A DNA stretch of 42,725 nt from a virus (IMGVR_UViG_2737471827_000006:1-42725), one strand, 5' to 3'. Shown: positions 8,332 to 17,285, counted from the first letter of the stretch. A program made the numbers and translations. The notes: generated from the sequence alone by a model not told the origin.

Positions 8332-9036
8332 TCACGAATTTTTCAGCCACTCCCTTGCCTCGATGTCATCCAGATGGCGAGATTGCTTCAGAATACCAGC
8401 CACATACTCCACCTTTGCTACTTGATGATAAGGCAACGTTATTGGCCTGTGGTCCTGGTTAATGCTTGTAAATTGGTATTCTCCATCTCTGTCATAGCCA
8501 AGAACCTTAATCATGTTGTGTCCTTCAACGGTTCTGACAAACACCTCATCACCCGGGAATACTTTGGTGTTAGGCTCAATGAGTACATATTCTCCTGATT
8601 TTATTCTGGGCCACATGCTGTCTCCTTTCACACGAAGACCAAAGGCATCTGGATCATCGCTATAAATTTTGAGCCACCCATCGCGCTCTTCGGTCATCTC
8701 GATGGCACCATCAACACCAAGAATTGCCTCACCAACCACGCGCACTAACCCTTTTCTTACCTGACCTACAAAAGTTAAAGAATCTGAGCATGATGCAATT
8801 GGTGTTACATCATGTACCAAATCAAGCCACCCATTAGGTAACCCAAGTGCAGCTTCAAATTTTCTTGCTAGTTTATCCCCTATGTTTCGAGTGCTTTTTT
8901 CACCGGAGACTTGCGTGAGTTGAGAAGGGCTAACCCCAAGCTTATCGGCAAAGCTTGCATTAGTGTTACCCGCGATTTTTTTATGCTCATCTAGCAAAAA
9001 CGCCAGATTCGATTTGCGAATATCTTTGTTTTCCAT
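8332..9036 (-). CDS. cI: CI-type prophage repressor (HTH plus S24 LexA-like autopeptidase)
   Basis: 234 aa; N-terminal HTH (NASFADKLGVSPSQLTQV); C-terminal S24 domain with GDSM serine motif; divergent from cro across an operator-rich intergenic region. Confidence 0.9.
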   Translation of the reverse strand: MENKDIRKSNLAFLLDEHKKIAGNTNASFADKLGVSPSQLTQVSGEKSTRNIGDKLARKFEAALGLPNGWLDLVHDVTPIASCSDSLTFVGQVRKGLVRVVGEAILGVDGAIEMTEERDGWLKIYSDDPDAFGLRVKGDSMWPRIKSGEYVLIEPNTKVFPGDEVFVRTVEGHNMIKVLGYDRDGEYQFTSINQDHRPITLPYHQVAKVEYVAGILKQSRHLDDIEAREWLKNS

Positions 9037-9053
9037 CTCACAATTCTCCCTCT

Positions 9054-9139
9054 ATTTAGCAAATGGATAAATACGCAATATGATAAATTTACATTGCAGT
9101 TGATTTATCAAAATGGTAAAGTTATTCTGTATGATAAAC
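9054..9139. promoter_or_regulatory. oR operator cluster with pRM/pR
   Basis: Three 17-bp imperfect palindromes (TTTAGCAAATGGATAAA, TTTATCAAAATGGTAAA, TTATTCTGTATGATAAA) plus a TGATAAATT half-site between divergent cI and cro. Confidence 0.6.
9094..9122 (+). promoter_or_regulatory. pR-like promoter
   Basis: -35 TTGCAG, 17-nt spacer, -10 TAAAGT (the same -10 as pL), overlapped by an operator palindrome; GGAGG RBS for cro about 20 nt downstream. Confidence 0.45.
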
Positions 9140-9149
9140 GGAGGCACTA

Positions 9150-9383
9150 ATGAGTAATGAACTACTACGCTGGCGAAAAGAGGCTTCTAGTGAGGAATGG
9201 AAGCGACTCGCCGCATTAGCGAAAACTTCAGTTGGCTATCTTGACCAGATTGCATATGGATTTCGAAGAGCTTCCCCTGATAAAGCGAATGCAATCGAAG
9301 AAGCTACTCGTAATTTCACGGCTTATAAACCCGTGAAAAAGGAAAACCTGGTGTTCGTATCGCGTAGAGCATCAGCAGCATAA
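9150..9383 (+). CDS. cro: Cro-like HTH repressor
   Basis: 77 aa; HTH segment KRLAALAKTSVGYLDQIAYG; first gene of the rightward operon, divergent from cI. Confidence 0.7.
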   Translation: MSNELLRWRKEASSEEWKRLAALAKTSVGYLDQIAYGFRRASPDKANAIEEATRNFTAYKPVKKENLVFVSRRASAA

Positions 9384-9390
9384 ATAACCC

Positions 9391-9422
9391 CGCTCTTACA
9401 CATTCCAGCCCTGAAAAAGGGC
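9391..9422 (+). promoter_or_regulatory. nutR (boxA CGCTCTTAC plus boxB GCCCTGAAAAAGGGC)
   Basis: CGCTCTTACACATTCCAGCCCTGAAAAAGGGC matches lambda nutR as I recall it; located between cro and cII. Confidence 0.9.
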
Positions 9423-9498
9423 ATTACCAGAAACAAATCTCTATGGTTTTGCGTTTCTTTGCGAAGCCAACTCTATCTAATCATTAAGGAAATTATCT

Positions 9499-9780
9499 AT
9501 GGGTACTATTGCAACTAAAAGCAAGAAAGCGGCTCGCATCGAGTCAGCCTTGCTGAACAAACTGGCACTGATGGGGCAGAAGACATTCGCTCGAGCGATG
9601 GGGGTTCCTGAATATCAGGTAAGCCGATGGAAGAATGGTTTCTTCTCGCAGGTAAGCATGATGCTGGCTGTTCTGGAATACGGAATCGAAGACGATGAAA
9701 TGGCTGAGCTGACTAAGCGGCTTGCCGATTACCTGACAAAAGAAAAAGCCCCGAAGAACGGCGAATTCTTCGAGGCCTGA
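9499..9780 (+). CDS. cII: CII transcriptional activator
   Basis: 93 aa; RIESALLNKLALMGQKTFARAMGV and SRWK...MLAVLEYG closely resemble lambda CII. Confidence 0.9.
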   Translation: MGTIATKSKKAARIESALLNKLALMGQKTFARAMGVPEYQVSRWKNGFFSQVSMMLAVLEYGIEDDEMAELTKRLADYLTKEKAPKNGEFFEA

Positions 9781-9814
9781 TGTAGAAAGACTGGATCAAT
9801 CCACAGGAGTAATT

Positions 9815-9976
9815 ATGACAAAACGTCGTAAGAAATACCAGGAAAAAGAAGAGATTCGACACCCTGATTCACCTGAGGGATTAGTGGTAGCCGCAGCAAA
9901 TAACAGGGCGTTCGCAGAGCGCCTTGTTGGTGTTTACAGACTAGCCAAAGCAGGAGTGAAACATGGGCGTCGTTAA
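9815..9976 (+). CDS. Small basic hypothetical protein (53 aa), not in the ORF track
   Basis: ATG with AGGAG 6 nt upstream; MTKRRKKYQEKEEIRHPDSPEGLVVAAANNRAFAERLVGVYRLAKAGVKHGRR; overlaps the replication-initiator start. Confidence 0.35.
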   Translation: MTKRRKKYQEKEEIRHPDSPEGLVVAAANNRAFAERLVGVYRLAKAGVKHGRR

Positions 9977-10853
9977 GTTAGCTGATTACAGGCATAACCC
10001 TGTACAACATCAGGAGGCATCCAGTATGGGGTATGTCTCTATACACCGCCAGTTTATGGACAGCAGGCTCTATAAGGACTCTCAGGCAGTACATCTTTGG
10101 CTTCACTTAATCCTCAAGGCTAATCACGAATCTACTGTCGTCAATACGGATATCGGTCCGATAACTGTTGATCGCGGTCAGATGATAACTGGACGCCCGT
10201 CGCTGGTCAGAGAAACATTCATCCCCGACAACAAAGTTCGGAGCTTATTGCGGACTTTTGAGTCGAAAGGAATGCTTAATATTTGCTCGATGGGGAAGAA
10301 ATTTAGCCTGTTTACAATCGTTAAATATGACGATTTTCAGGCAAAAAATTGTCCAACGGTTGTCCAACGGTTGTCCAACGCAAACAGCAGTAATGGCGCG
10401 GCTCTCAGCGGAGATTATCCAACGGTTGTCCAACGGTTGTCCATAAACAATAATATAAATAATATCTCTAATACTGACGTATTAGAGAGTGCCACAGCAG
10501 ACAAAAAGTCTGACAAGAAAAAACCTTCCGTTAGCTGTCAGGATGTTGTCGATGCTTACCACGAAATCCTTCCTGAAGCGCCAAGAATCCGCGCACTGAA
10601 TGACAAGCGTAAAAACCAGATCCGAACGTTCTGGCGCAAAGCCGGAGTGATAACCCGCCAGCTTGACGGGCATGGGTTCACGATGCAGGACTGGAGAAAT
10701 TATTTGAGCTACGTAGGCGAAAATTGCCGATGGATGTTCGAAGAGCGCCCAAACCATCAGCGCGGAACCGTCTGGCACAAAAAGGGATTTGATTTCCTGC
10801 TTAACGATAATACCTACCTGAAAGTTCGTGAGGGTGAACACGATGACCGATAA
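9963..10853 (+). CDS. Replication initiator (O-like / P22 gene 18-like) with internal origin
   Basis: 296 aa; the gene contains an iteron array whose translation gives repeated PTVVQRLSN; followed by a DnaB-like helicase as in P22-type replication modules. Confidence 0.8.
   Translation: MGVVKLADYRHNPVQHQEASSMGYVSIHRQFMDSRLYKDSQAVHLWLHLILKANHESTVVNTDIGPITVDRGQMITGRPSLVRETFIPDNKVRSLLRTFESKGMLNICSMGKKFSLFTIVKYDDFQAKNCPTVVQRLSNANSSNGAALSGDYPTVVQRLSINNNINNISNTDVLESATADKKSDKKKPSVSCQDVVDAYHEILPEAPRIRALNDKRKNQIRTFWRKAGVITRQLDGHGFTMQDWRNYLSYVGENCRWMFEERPNHQRGTVWHKKGFDFLLNDNTYLKVREGEHDDR
10349..10475. repeat. Origin of replication: iterons (TTGTCCAACGG, about six copies in two blocks) plus AT-rich stretch
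   Basis: Three tandem 11-bp repeats at 10349-10381, a second block at 10416-10447, then AACAATAATATAAATAATATCTCTAATA; lambda-ori-like placement inside the initiator gene. Confidence 0.8.
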
Positions 10854-12279
10854 TTTTTATGCGCCGCCCCATAGCATCGAGGCAGAGCAGGCGGTGATTG
10901 GTGGATTGCTTCTGGATGATGACAGCAGTGAGCGCGTCCAGAAAGTTCTGGCGATGCTGAAGCCTGATTCATTTTACAGCCGACCACACAAAATCATTTT
11001 CGAAGAAATAACCAGAATGCACCGGGAGCAAAAGCCAGTAGATGGCCTGACGCTTTTCGATGAACTGGAGCGTAAATCGTTAACGGCGTCTGTTGGCGGT
11101 TTTGCTTATATCGCTGAGATCGCAAAGAACACGCCAAGCGCCGCAAACATCGTTGCCTATGCAATGCAGGTTCGCGAAACCGCAATGGAACGCTACGCCA
11201 TCAACCGCATGACTGAAGCGACGGAATTGCTATATTCCCGCAACGGAATGACTGCAACGCAGAAGTACGAAGCTATTCAGGCGATTTTCACGCAACTGAC
11301 AGACCATGCAAAAACCGGATCGCGTCGCGGCCTTCGCTCATTTGGTGAGGTCATGGAAGACTGGGTTAGCGACCTTGAGAAGCGATTTGACCCGTCAGGC
11401 GAACAACGAGGAATGAGCACAGGGATCCCATCGCTGGACAGGATGCTGTCACCGAAAGGTCTGGTGAAAGGCTCTCTGTTTGTCATTGGCGCTCGCCCTA
11501 AGATGGGGAAAACGACGCTATACAGCCAGATGGCAATCAACTGCGCAGTGCATGAGAAAAAGCCCGCTCTGATGTTCAGCCTTGAAATGCCAGGTGACCA
11601 GATACTGGAAAAACTGGTGGGACAGAAGTCAGGTGTTAACCCGAATATTTTTTACCTTCCGGCGACAAATGACGCTGATGACGGCTATCAGGGTGATTAC
11701 GATGGTGACTTCAACAGGGCGATCGAAACAGCTAATCGTTTGAGTGAAATCGACCTGCTATACATCGACGACACGCCGGGATTATCTCTGGCTCAAATCG
11801 TTAGCGAAAGCCGTCGAATCAAGCGAGAAAAAGGATGTGTTGGCATGATTCTGGTCGATTACCTGACACTAATGACTGCTGAGAAGGCCGATCGCAACGA
11901 CCTTGCTTACGGCATGATCACCAAAGGACTGAAGAACCTTGCCAAAGAGCTTGATTGCGTTGTTGTGCTTCTGACACAGCTTAACCGCGCACTGGAAAGC
12001 CGAACCAATAAACGCCCATTACCAAGTGACTCGCGAGATACAGGGCAGATTGAACAGGATTGCGATTATTGGGTGGGGATCCATCGTGAAGGCGCTTTTG
12101 ATGACAGTGTTCCACCTGGTGAAACTGAACTAATCCTTCGTCTCAATCGTCATGGCAATACCGGCACGGTGTATTGCATTCAGGCAAATGGCGCTATTTA
12201 TGACACAGACCAACAGTCTGCTGAAATGCGCCGCCGTGAACGCGAGGAACCGCAGTCCAAGAAGAAAGGAGGATTCTGA
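10843..12279 (+). CDS. DnaB-family replicative helicase
   Basis: 478 aa from ATG at 10843 (track ORF starts at an upstream GTG); DnaB N-terminal motifs (SIEAEQAVIGGLLLD) and Walker A GARPKMGKT. Confidence 0.9.
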   Translation: MTDNFYAPPHSIEAEQAVIGGLLLDDDSSERVQKVLAMLKPDSFYSRPHKIIFEEITRMHREQKPVDGLTLFDELERKSLTASVGGFAYIAEIAKNTPSAANIVAYAMQVRETAMERYAINRMTEATELLYSRNGMTATQKYEAIQAIFTQLTDHAKTGSRRGLRSFGEVMEDWVSDLEKRFDPSGEQRGMSTGIPSLDRMLSPKGLVKGSLFVIGARPKMGKTTLYSQMAINCAVHEKKPALMFSLEMPGDQILEKLVGQKSGVNPNIFYLPATNDADDGYQGDYDGDFNRAIETANRLSEIDLLYIDDTPGLSLAQIVSESRRIKREKGCVGMILVDYLTLMTAEKADRNDLAYGMITKGLKNLAKELDCVVVLLTQLNRALESRTNKRPLPSDSRDTGQIEQDCDYWVGIHREGAFDDSVPPGETELILRLNRHGNTGTVYCIQANGAIYDTDQQSAEMRRREREEPQSKKKGGF

Positions 12280-12308
12280 TGACCATCTACATCACTGAGC
12301 TAATAACA

Positions 12309-12337
12309 GGGGCTATTTACACAGTAGCCCTTTTTTA
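12309..12337 (+). terminator. Intrinsic terminator (tR2-like, after the replication genes)
   Basis: Stem GGGCTA/TAGCCC with 9-nt loop followed by TTTTTTATT. Confidence 0.6.
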
Positions 12338-12363
12338 TTGGATTAAGAACGAGGGGGATCCTG

Positions 12364-12576
12364 ATGGACACCGTTAACGGAATGTGTTCAGACGCACCGC
12401 GTGCCAAAAAATGTAAATGCGGAAAATCACCGACAATATTCGACATGGAGAACGGGTGCCAAATCTACTGCGCTAACCACGCTGCTGTGGCGGCCGCGAA
12501 TTATCGCAGTGCGGTAACGGAGTGGAATAACCTGAAATCTGTTAGAGAGGGAAGTCATGAAAAAACTAACCTTTGA
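12364..12576 (+). CDS. Small Cys-rich hypothetical protein
   Basis: 70 aa; CKCGKSPTIFDMENGCQIYCANH suggests a metal-binding fold; GAGGGGGA RBS. Confidence 0.55.
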   Translation: MDTVNGMCSDAPRAKKCKCGKSPTIFDMENGCQIYCANHAAVAAANYRSAVTEWNNLKSVREGSHEKTNL

Positions 12577-13144
12577 AATTCGATCTCCAGCACATCAGCA
12601 AAACGCTATTCACGCAGTACAGCAAATCCTTCCAGACCCAACCAAACCAATCAATCAAATAACTCAGCAGAGACTTAAAGAAGTCCTTCTCTACGATGAG
12701 TTAACAGGGAAATTCACATGGAAAGTAAAGAAATGCCAGAGAATGAATGCTGGGGATATCGCAGGGCATAAGAGTAGCGAAGGCTACTGGGTAATAAAAG
12801 TCGATGGAAAACTTTATAAGGCACACAGGCTGGCGTGGCTCTATATGAATGGCAGTCTACCAAAAAGTGATATCGACCACATAAATCTCGTTAGGGATGA
12901 CAATCGTATAGCAAATCTTAGATTGGCAACTCGATCTCAAAACATCCAAAACGTAAACAAAAAGGCAAATAACAAATCAGGATATAAAGGCGTTTCATGG
13001 GATAAGAAATCAAGAAAATGGAGGGCGCAAATCGTAATCAACAAGAGGAAAGTTAATCTTGGGTTTTACGATGACCCAAAGGAAGCTCATAAAGTATATG
13101 CAAATAAAGCGGATGAATGTTTCGGCGAATTTGCGAGGTATTAA
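12557..13144 (+). CDS. HNH endonuclease with AP2 DNA-binding domain, fused in frame to the first 32 codons of ninB
   Basis: 195 aa; residues 1-32 MKKLTFEIRSPAHQQNAIHAVQQILPDPTKPI match the lambda NinB N-terminus as I recall it; then HNH motif (DIDHINLVRDDNRIANLRLATRSQN) and AP2-like segment (YKGVSWDKKSRKWRAQI...LGFYDDPKEAHKVYA). Confidence 0.8.
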   Translation: MKKLTFEIRSPAHQQNAIHAVQQILPDPTKPINQITQQRLKEVLLYDELTGKFTWKVKKCQRMNAGDIAGHKSSEGYWVIKVDGKLYKAHRLAWLYMNGSLPKSDIDHINLVRDDNRIANLRLATRSQNIQNVNKKANNKSGYKGVSWDKKSRKWRAQIVINKRKVNLGFYDDPKEAHKVYANKADECFGEFARY

Positions 13145-13145
13145 A

Positions 13146-13574
13146 ATGAAATGTGTCAAATATCACCTTACTAATGAATCTATAAGATATAACGCCATTC
13201 AGTATCTTAGGACATGCGATTTAGACATCATTGTCGAGTTTAAGCAGCGCAACCGCAGCTTAGACCAAAACAGGAAGCTTTGGGCTTGCCTTGGTGACGT
13301 CTCTCGTCAGGTTGAATGGCATGGGCGCTGGCTGGATGCAGAAAGCTGGAAGTGTGTGTTTACCGCAGCATTAAAGCAGCAGGACGTTGTTCCTAACCTT
13401 GCCGGGAATGGCTTTGTGGTAATAGGCCAGTCAACCAGCAGGATGCGTGTAGGCGAATTTGCGGAGCTATTAGAGCTTATACAGGCATTCGGTACAGAGC
13501 GTGGCGTTAAGTGGTCAGACGAAGCGCGACTGGCTCTCGAATGGAAAGCGCGATGGGGAGATCGGGCTGCATGA
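13146..13574 (+). CDS. ninB: NinB (Orf-family recombination mediator), downstream portion with replaced N-terminus
   Basis: 142 aa from ATG at 13146 (GAGG 9 nt upstream); from IVEFKQRNRSLDQNRKLWACLGD onward it matches lambda NinB residues about 33-146; the first 27 residues are unrelated. Confidence 0.8.
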   Translation: MKCVKYHLTNESIRYNAIQYLRTCDLDIIVEFKQRNRSLDQNRKLWACLGDVSRQVEWHGRWLDAESWKCVFTAALKQQDVVPNLAGNGFVVIGQSTSRMRVGEFAELLELIQAFGTERGVKWSDEARLALEWKARWGDRAA

Positions 13575-14098
13575 CTATCAAATCAAATACGCCGGCACAC
13601 GACAAGGACTGCTGGCAAACGCCGCTTTGGCTTTTTGATGCACTGGATATTGAGTTTGGATTCTGGCTGGATTCGGCTGCGAGCGACAAAAATGCTCTGT
13701 GCGCTCACTGGCTAACTGAGGCCGACGACGCGCTCAATTCTGAGTGGGTAAGTCACGGTGCAATCTGGAATAACCCACCGTACAGCAATATCAGGCCGTG
13801 GGTGGAAAAAGCCGCTGAGCAGTGCATACAACAGCGACAGACGGTAGTGATGCTTGTGCCAGAGGATATGTCTGTCGGATGGTTCAGCAAGGCTCTGGAG
13901 AGTGTTGACGAAGTTCGCATCATCACTGATGGACGGATTAATTTTATCGAACCATCGACAGGGCTGGAGAAGAAGGGAAACAGCAAAGGCTCAATGCTAC
14001 TGATTTGGCGACCGTTCATCAGTCCTCGACGGATGTTTACTACCGTATCCAAATCGGCATTGATGGCGATCGGGCAGGGCGTCAGGAGGGCTGCATGA
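13571..14098 (+). CDS. Phage DNA N6-adenine methyltransferase (Dam-like)
   Basis: 175 aa from ATG at 13571 (ATGA overlap with ninB stop); NPPY catalytic motif in IWNNPPYS. Confidence 0.85.
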   Translation: MTIKSNTPAHDKDCWQTPLWLFDALDIEFGFWLDSAASDKNALCAHWLTEADDALNSEWVSHGAIWNNPPYSNIRPWVEKAAEQCIQQRQTVVMLVPEDMSVGWFSKALESVDEVRIITDGRINFIEPSTGLEKKGNSKGSMLLIWRPFISPRRMFTTVSKSALMAIGQGVRRAA

Positions 14099-14271
14099 GG
14101 CGACAGCGACGAAGCATCACCGACATCATCTGCGAAAACTGCAAATACCTTCCAACGAAACGATCCAGAAATAAACGCAAGCCAATCCCAAAAGAATCTG
14201 ACGTAAAAACCTTCAACTACACGGCTCACCTGTGGGATATCCGGTGGCTAAGACATCGTGCGAGGAAATGA
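14095..14271 (+). CDS. ninE: NinE
   Basis: 58 aa from internal ATG (AGGAGG 5 nt upstream, ATGA overlap with the MTase stop); [51 protein letters not shown] resembles lambda NinE. Confidence 0.7.
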   Translation: MRRQRRSITDIICENCKYLPTKRSRNKRKPIPKESDVKTFNYTAHLWDIRWLRHRARK

Positions 14272-14618
14272 CAATGGATTATTCACAGTTAAGTGATTTT
14301 GAAATTAACGTGGCGGTATTCGAAGCCATTCATAACGGATCACCGGATTACAAAGAAGGTGAGAATGGCGCGATGGTGTTTATCTCATTTGAGGGAGACA
14401 TTGTAAACGGAGACGCAGTTGAAGTAGAGGTTGAGCGCGGATCCTTTAACCCATGCGCAAACCCAGCAGACGCATGGCCGATTATCACTGAAAACAACAT
14501 CAGCATAATTTTAGACAATCCCTCAATGCCGTGCGCCACAGACAACGCAAGGGACTTGTTTGATGATGCCGGACCGAATGTTTGTGTCGCATATGACAAT
14601 CCCTCCGTGCCGCCATGA
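14268..14618 (+). CDS. Hypothetical nin-region protein
   Basis: 116 aa from ATG at 14268 (GAGGAA RBS, ATGA overlap with ninE stop). Confidence 0.55.
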   Translation: MTMDYSQLSDFEINVAVFEAIHNGSPDYKEGENGAMVFISFEGDIVNGDAVEVEVERGSFNPCANPADAWPIITENNISIILDNPSMPCATDNARDLFDDAGPNVCVAYDNPSVPP

Positions 14619-14648
14619 TTGTCTTTCTCATGATGCAGGACGCCAATA

Positions 14649-14825
14649 ATGCTTAGCCCATCCCAATCCATTCAATACCAGAAAGAAAGCGTCGAGCGGG
14701 CTTTAACGTGCGCTAACTGCAGTCAGAAGCTGCATGTGCTGGAAGTTCATGTGTGTGAGCACTGCTGCGCAGAACTGATGAGCGATCCGAATAGCTCAAT
14801 GTACGAGGAAGAAGACGATGGCTAA
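14649..14825 (+). CDS. ninF: NinF (58 aa), not in the ORF track
   Basis: [58 protein letters not shown] resembles lambda NinF; stop overlaps the ninG start. Confidence 0.6.
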   Translation: MLSPSQSIQYQKESVERALTCANCSQKLHVLEVHVCEHCCAELMSDPNSSMYEEEDDG

Positions 14826-15429
14826 ACCAGCGCGAAGACGATGTAAAAACGATGAATGTCGGGAATGGTTTCACCCTGCATTCGCTAATCAGTGGTGGTG
14901 CTCTCCAGAGTGTGGAACCAAGATAGCACTCGAACGACGAAGTAAAGAACGCGAAAAAGCGGAAAAAGCAGCAGAGAAGAAACGACGACGAGAGGAGCAG
15001 AAACAGAAAGATAAACTTAAGATTCGAAAACTCGCCTTAAAGCCACGCAGTTACTGGATTAAACAAGCCCAACAAGCCGTAAACGTCTTCATCAGAGAAA
15101 GAGACCGCGACTTACCATGTATCTCGTGCGGAACGCTCACGTCTGCTCAGTGGGATGCCGGACATTACCGGACAACTGCTGCGGCACCTCAACTCCGATT
15201 TGATGAACGCAATATTCACAAGCAATGCGTGGTGTGTAACCAGCATAAAAGCGGAAATCTCGTTCCGTATCGCGTCGAACTGATTAACCGAATCGGGCAG
15301 GAAGCAGTAGACGAAATCGAATCAAACCATAACCGCCATCGCTGGACTGTCGAAGAGTGCAAGGCGATCAAGGCAGAGTACCAACAGAAACTCAAAGACC
15401 TGCGAAATAGCAGAAGTGAGGCCGCATGA
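14818..15429 (+). CDS. ninG: NinG / Rap recombination endonuclease
   Basis: 203 aa; [43 protein letters not shown]... near-identical to lambda NinG as I recall it. Confidence 0.9.
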   Translation: MAKPARRRCKNDECREWFHPAFANQWWCSPECGTKIALERRSKEREKAEKAAEKKRRREEQKQKDKLKIRKLALKPRSYWIKQAQQAVNVFIRERDRDLPCISCGTLTSAQWDAGHYRTTAAAPQLRFDERNIHKQCVVCNQHKSGNLVPYRVELINRIGQEAVDEIESNHNRHRWTVEECKAIKAEYQQKLKDLRNSRSEAA

Positions 15430-15632
15430 CGTTCTCAGTAAAAACCATTCCAGACATGCTCGTTGAAGCATACGGAAACCAGACAGAAGTGGCACGCAGA
15501 CTGAAATGTAGTCGCGGTACGGTCAGAAAATACGTTGATGATAAAGACGGGAAAATGCACGCCATCGTCAACGACGTTCTCATGGTTCATCGCGGATGGA
15601 GTGAAAGAGATGCGCTATTACGAAAGAATTGA
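15426..15632 (+). CDS. ninH: NinH
   Basis: 68 aa; [37 protein letters not shown] (HTH) resembles lambda NinH. Confidence 0.8.
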   Translation: MTFSVKTIPDMLVEAYGNQTEVARRLKCSRGTVRKYVDDKDGKMHAIVNDVLMVHRGWSERDALLRKN

Positions 15633-16281
15633 TGGCAGCAAATACCGAAATATTTGGGTAGTTGGCGACCTGCACGGATGCTACACGAACCTGATGAACA
15701 AACTGGATGCGATTGGATTCGACACCCAAAAAGACCTGCTTATCTCGGTTGGCGATTTGGTCGATCGCGGTGCAGAGAACGTCGAATGCCTGGAATTAAT
15801 CACATTCCCCTGGTTCAGAGCTGTACGTGGAAACCATGAGCAAATGATGATTGATGGCTTATCAGAGCGTGGAAACGTCAATCACTGGCTACTTAATGGC
15901 GGTGGCTGGTTCTTTAATCTCGATTACGACAAAGAAATTCTGGCTAAAGCTCTTGCCCATAAAGCAGATGAACTTCCGTTAATCATCGAACTGGTGAGCA
16001 AAGATAAAAAATATGTCATCTGCCACGCCGATTATCCTTGTGACGAATACGAGTTTGGAAAGCCTGTTGATCATCAGCAGTTAATTTGGAACCGCGAACG
16101 AATCAGCAACTCACAAGACGGGATCGTGAAAGAAATAAAAGGCGCGGACACGTTCATCTTTGGTCATACGCCAGCAGTGAAACCACTCAAGTTTGCCAAC
16201 CAGATGTATATCGATACCGGCGCAGTGTTCTGCGGAAACCTCACATTGATTCAAGTACAGGGAGAAGGCGCGTGGGCATAA
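15610..16281 (+). CDS. ninI: NinI Ser/Thr protein phosphatase (lambda PPase)
   Basis: 223 aa from internal ATG ([25 protein letters not shown]...); metallophosphatase motifs GDLHG, GDLVDRG, GNHE. Confidence 0.9.
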   Translation: MRYYERIDGSKYRNIWVVGDLHGCYTNLMNKLDAIGFDTQKDLLISVGDLVDRGAENVECLELITFPWFRAVRGNHEQMMIDGLSERGNVNHWLLNGGGWFFNLDYDKEILAKALAHKADELPLIIELVSKDKKYVICHADYPCDEYEFGKPVDHQQLIWNRERISNSQDGIVKEIKGADTFIFGHTPAVKPLKFANQMYIDTGAVFCGNLTLIQVQGEGAWA

Positions 16282-16760
16282 GAGAACTAAACCTCACCAA
16301 AGAACAGCATGAGTGGCTGAATGGCTGGCTTGAACTGTGGGGCGCATGGGTTTATTCAGGTCGCCTGGAAAAGCGCATGAGCAGCGTAATAGCGAAGTTT
16401 ATGGAGAGCGTAGAGCCGGGAAGAGTTATGACAAGGCCAATGTGTAATGATGATGATGGAATGTTGATTTCTCAGGTCGTCGATTCCGTCATGTACATTG
16501 ACAAGAAAGCCTTTGGCATCCTCCTCAGCTACTACGCTCATGGATCTTCCAAGCATGCCATTGCATCTTACTATCATCGTGTCGCAAGACCTCGCAAGAT
16601 GTTATGCCGGGGCGGCGGGCGTATTCAAAAACCATCGCTCGCAACCTGTCGCCGGGAAGTTGACGAAATCCTCAATGCTTCGTTGTTTATGATTTACCCG
16701 GTTCTGGATAGTGCGTTTAAAACCCGGAAACGTGTAGAGAAAATTAAACATGTAGCATAG
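16272..16760 (+). CDS. Q: Late-gene antiterminator Q (933W/21-type, not lambda Q)
   Basis: About 162 aa from GTG at 16272 (GGAG 7 nt upstream; track ORF starts inside ninI); WLELWGAW and [11 protein letters not shown] motifs resemble the 933W-type Q family. Confidence 0.7.
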   Translation: MGIRELNLTKEQHEWLNGWLELWGAWVYSGRLEKRMSSVIAKFMESVEPGRVMTRPMCNDDDGMLISQVVDSVMYIDKKAFGILLSYYAHGSSKHAIASYYHRVARPRKMLCRGGGRIQKPSLATCRREVDEILNASLFMIYPVLDSAFKTRKRVEKIKHVA

Positions 16761-16766
16761 AACGTG

Positions 16767-16800
16767 TTGACATCATTGAGCAAATGAGCAACACTATTCG
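16767..16800 (+). promoter_or_regulatory. Candidate pR' late promoter / qut region
   Basis: TTGACA hexamer 7 nt after the Q stop; no convincing -10 identified, so weak. Confidence 0.3.
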
Positions 16801-16808
16801 CATAAGCT

Positions 16809-16848
16809 GCCGTTAGTGACTCTTAAGTTGCAACGGTGGCTTTTTTTG
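16809..16848 (+). terminator. Candidate tR' terminator
   Basis: Imperfect hairpin ending in GGTGGC followed by TTTTTTTGTTTG; sequence immediately after it becomes lambda-like (TGCACAACAGGTAAGAGC...). Confidence 0.45.
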
Positions 16849-17120
16849 TTTGCACAACAGGTAAGAGCATTGAGTCGATAATCGTGAAGAGTCGGCGAGC
16901 CTGGTTAGCCAGTGCTCTTTCCGTTGTGGTGAATGCACAGGCTGATGTGTAAGGGCAAGAATCTTTCGCTGGATTCGGTGTGGCCACGTAGCCCGCTGTA
17001 GGCAGTTGCAGCAAACCGGAGATCAGCACCGGTCGCCACAATCCAAACTGAGCCGTAGCCACTGGCTATCCTGAACTCATCAGTGATAGTTATGCTGCGG
17101 CCTTCTACATATGACCTTCG

Positions 17121-17156
17121 TGAAAGCGGTGGCAGGAGGCTGCGCTAACAACCTCC
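17121..17156 (+). terminator. Intrinsic terminator in the late leader upstream of S
   Basis: Perfect 9-bp stem GGCAGGAGG/CCTCCTGCC with 12-nt loop, then GTTTT. Confidence 0.6.
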
Positions 17157-17285
17157 TGCCGTTTTGCCCGTGCATATCGGTCACGAACAAATCTGATTAC
17201 TAAACACAGTAGCCTGGATTTGTTCTATCAGTAATCGACCTTATTCCTAATTAAATAGAGCAAATCCCCTTATTGGGGGTAAGAC

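Noticed and set aside
10349-10447. Tandem 11-bp repeats that could be mistaken for a CRISPR array
   Set aside because: The repeats are only 11 bp, directly adjacent without spacers, lie inside a coding sequence and are followed by an AT-rich stretch; this is an iteron-type replication origin.
12557-13229. Intein interpretation of the HNH insertion in ninB
   Set aside because: The inserted ORF ends with a stop codon and the downstream ninB portion is in a different frame (insert length is not a multiple of three), so a continuous intein-containing precursor cannot be made.
16823-17062. 79-aa minus-strand ORF between Q and S
   Set aside because: It is antisense to the late leader, which reads like the lambda non-coding leader upstream of S; no RBS was seen.
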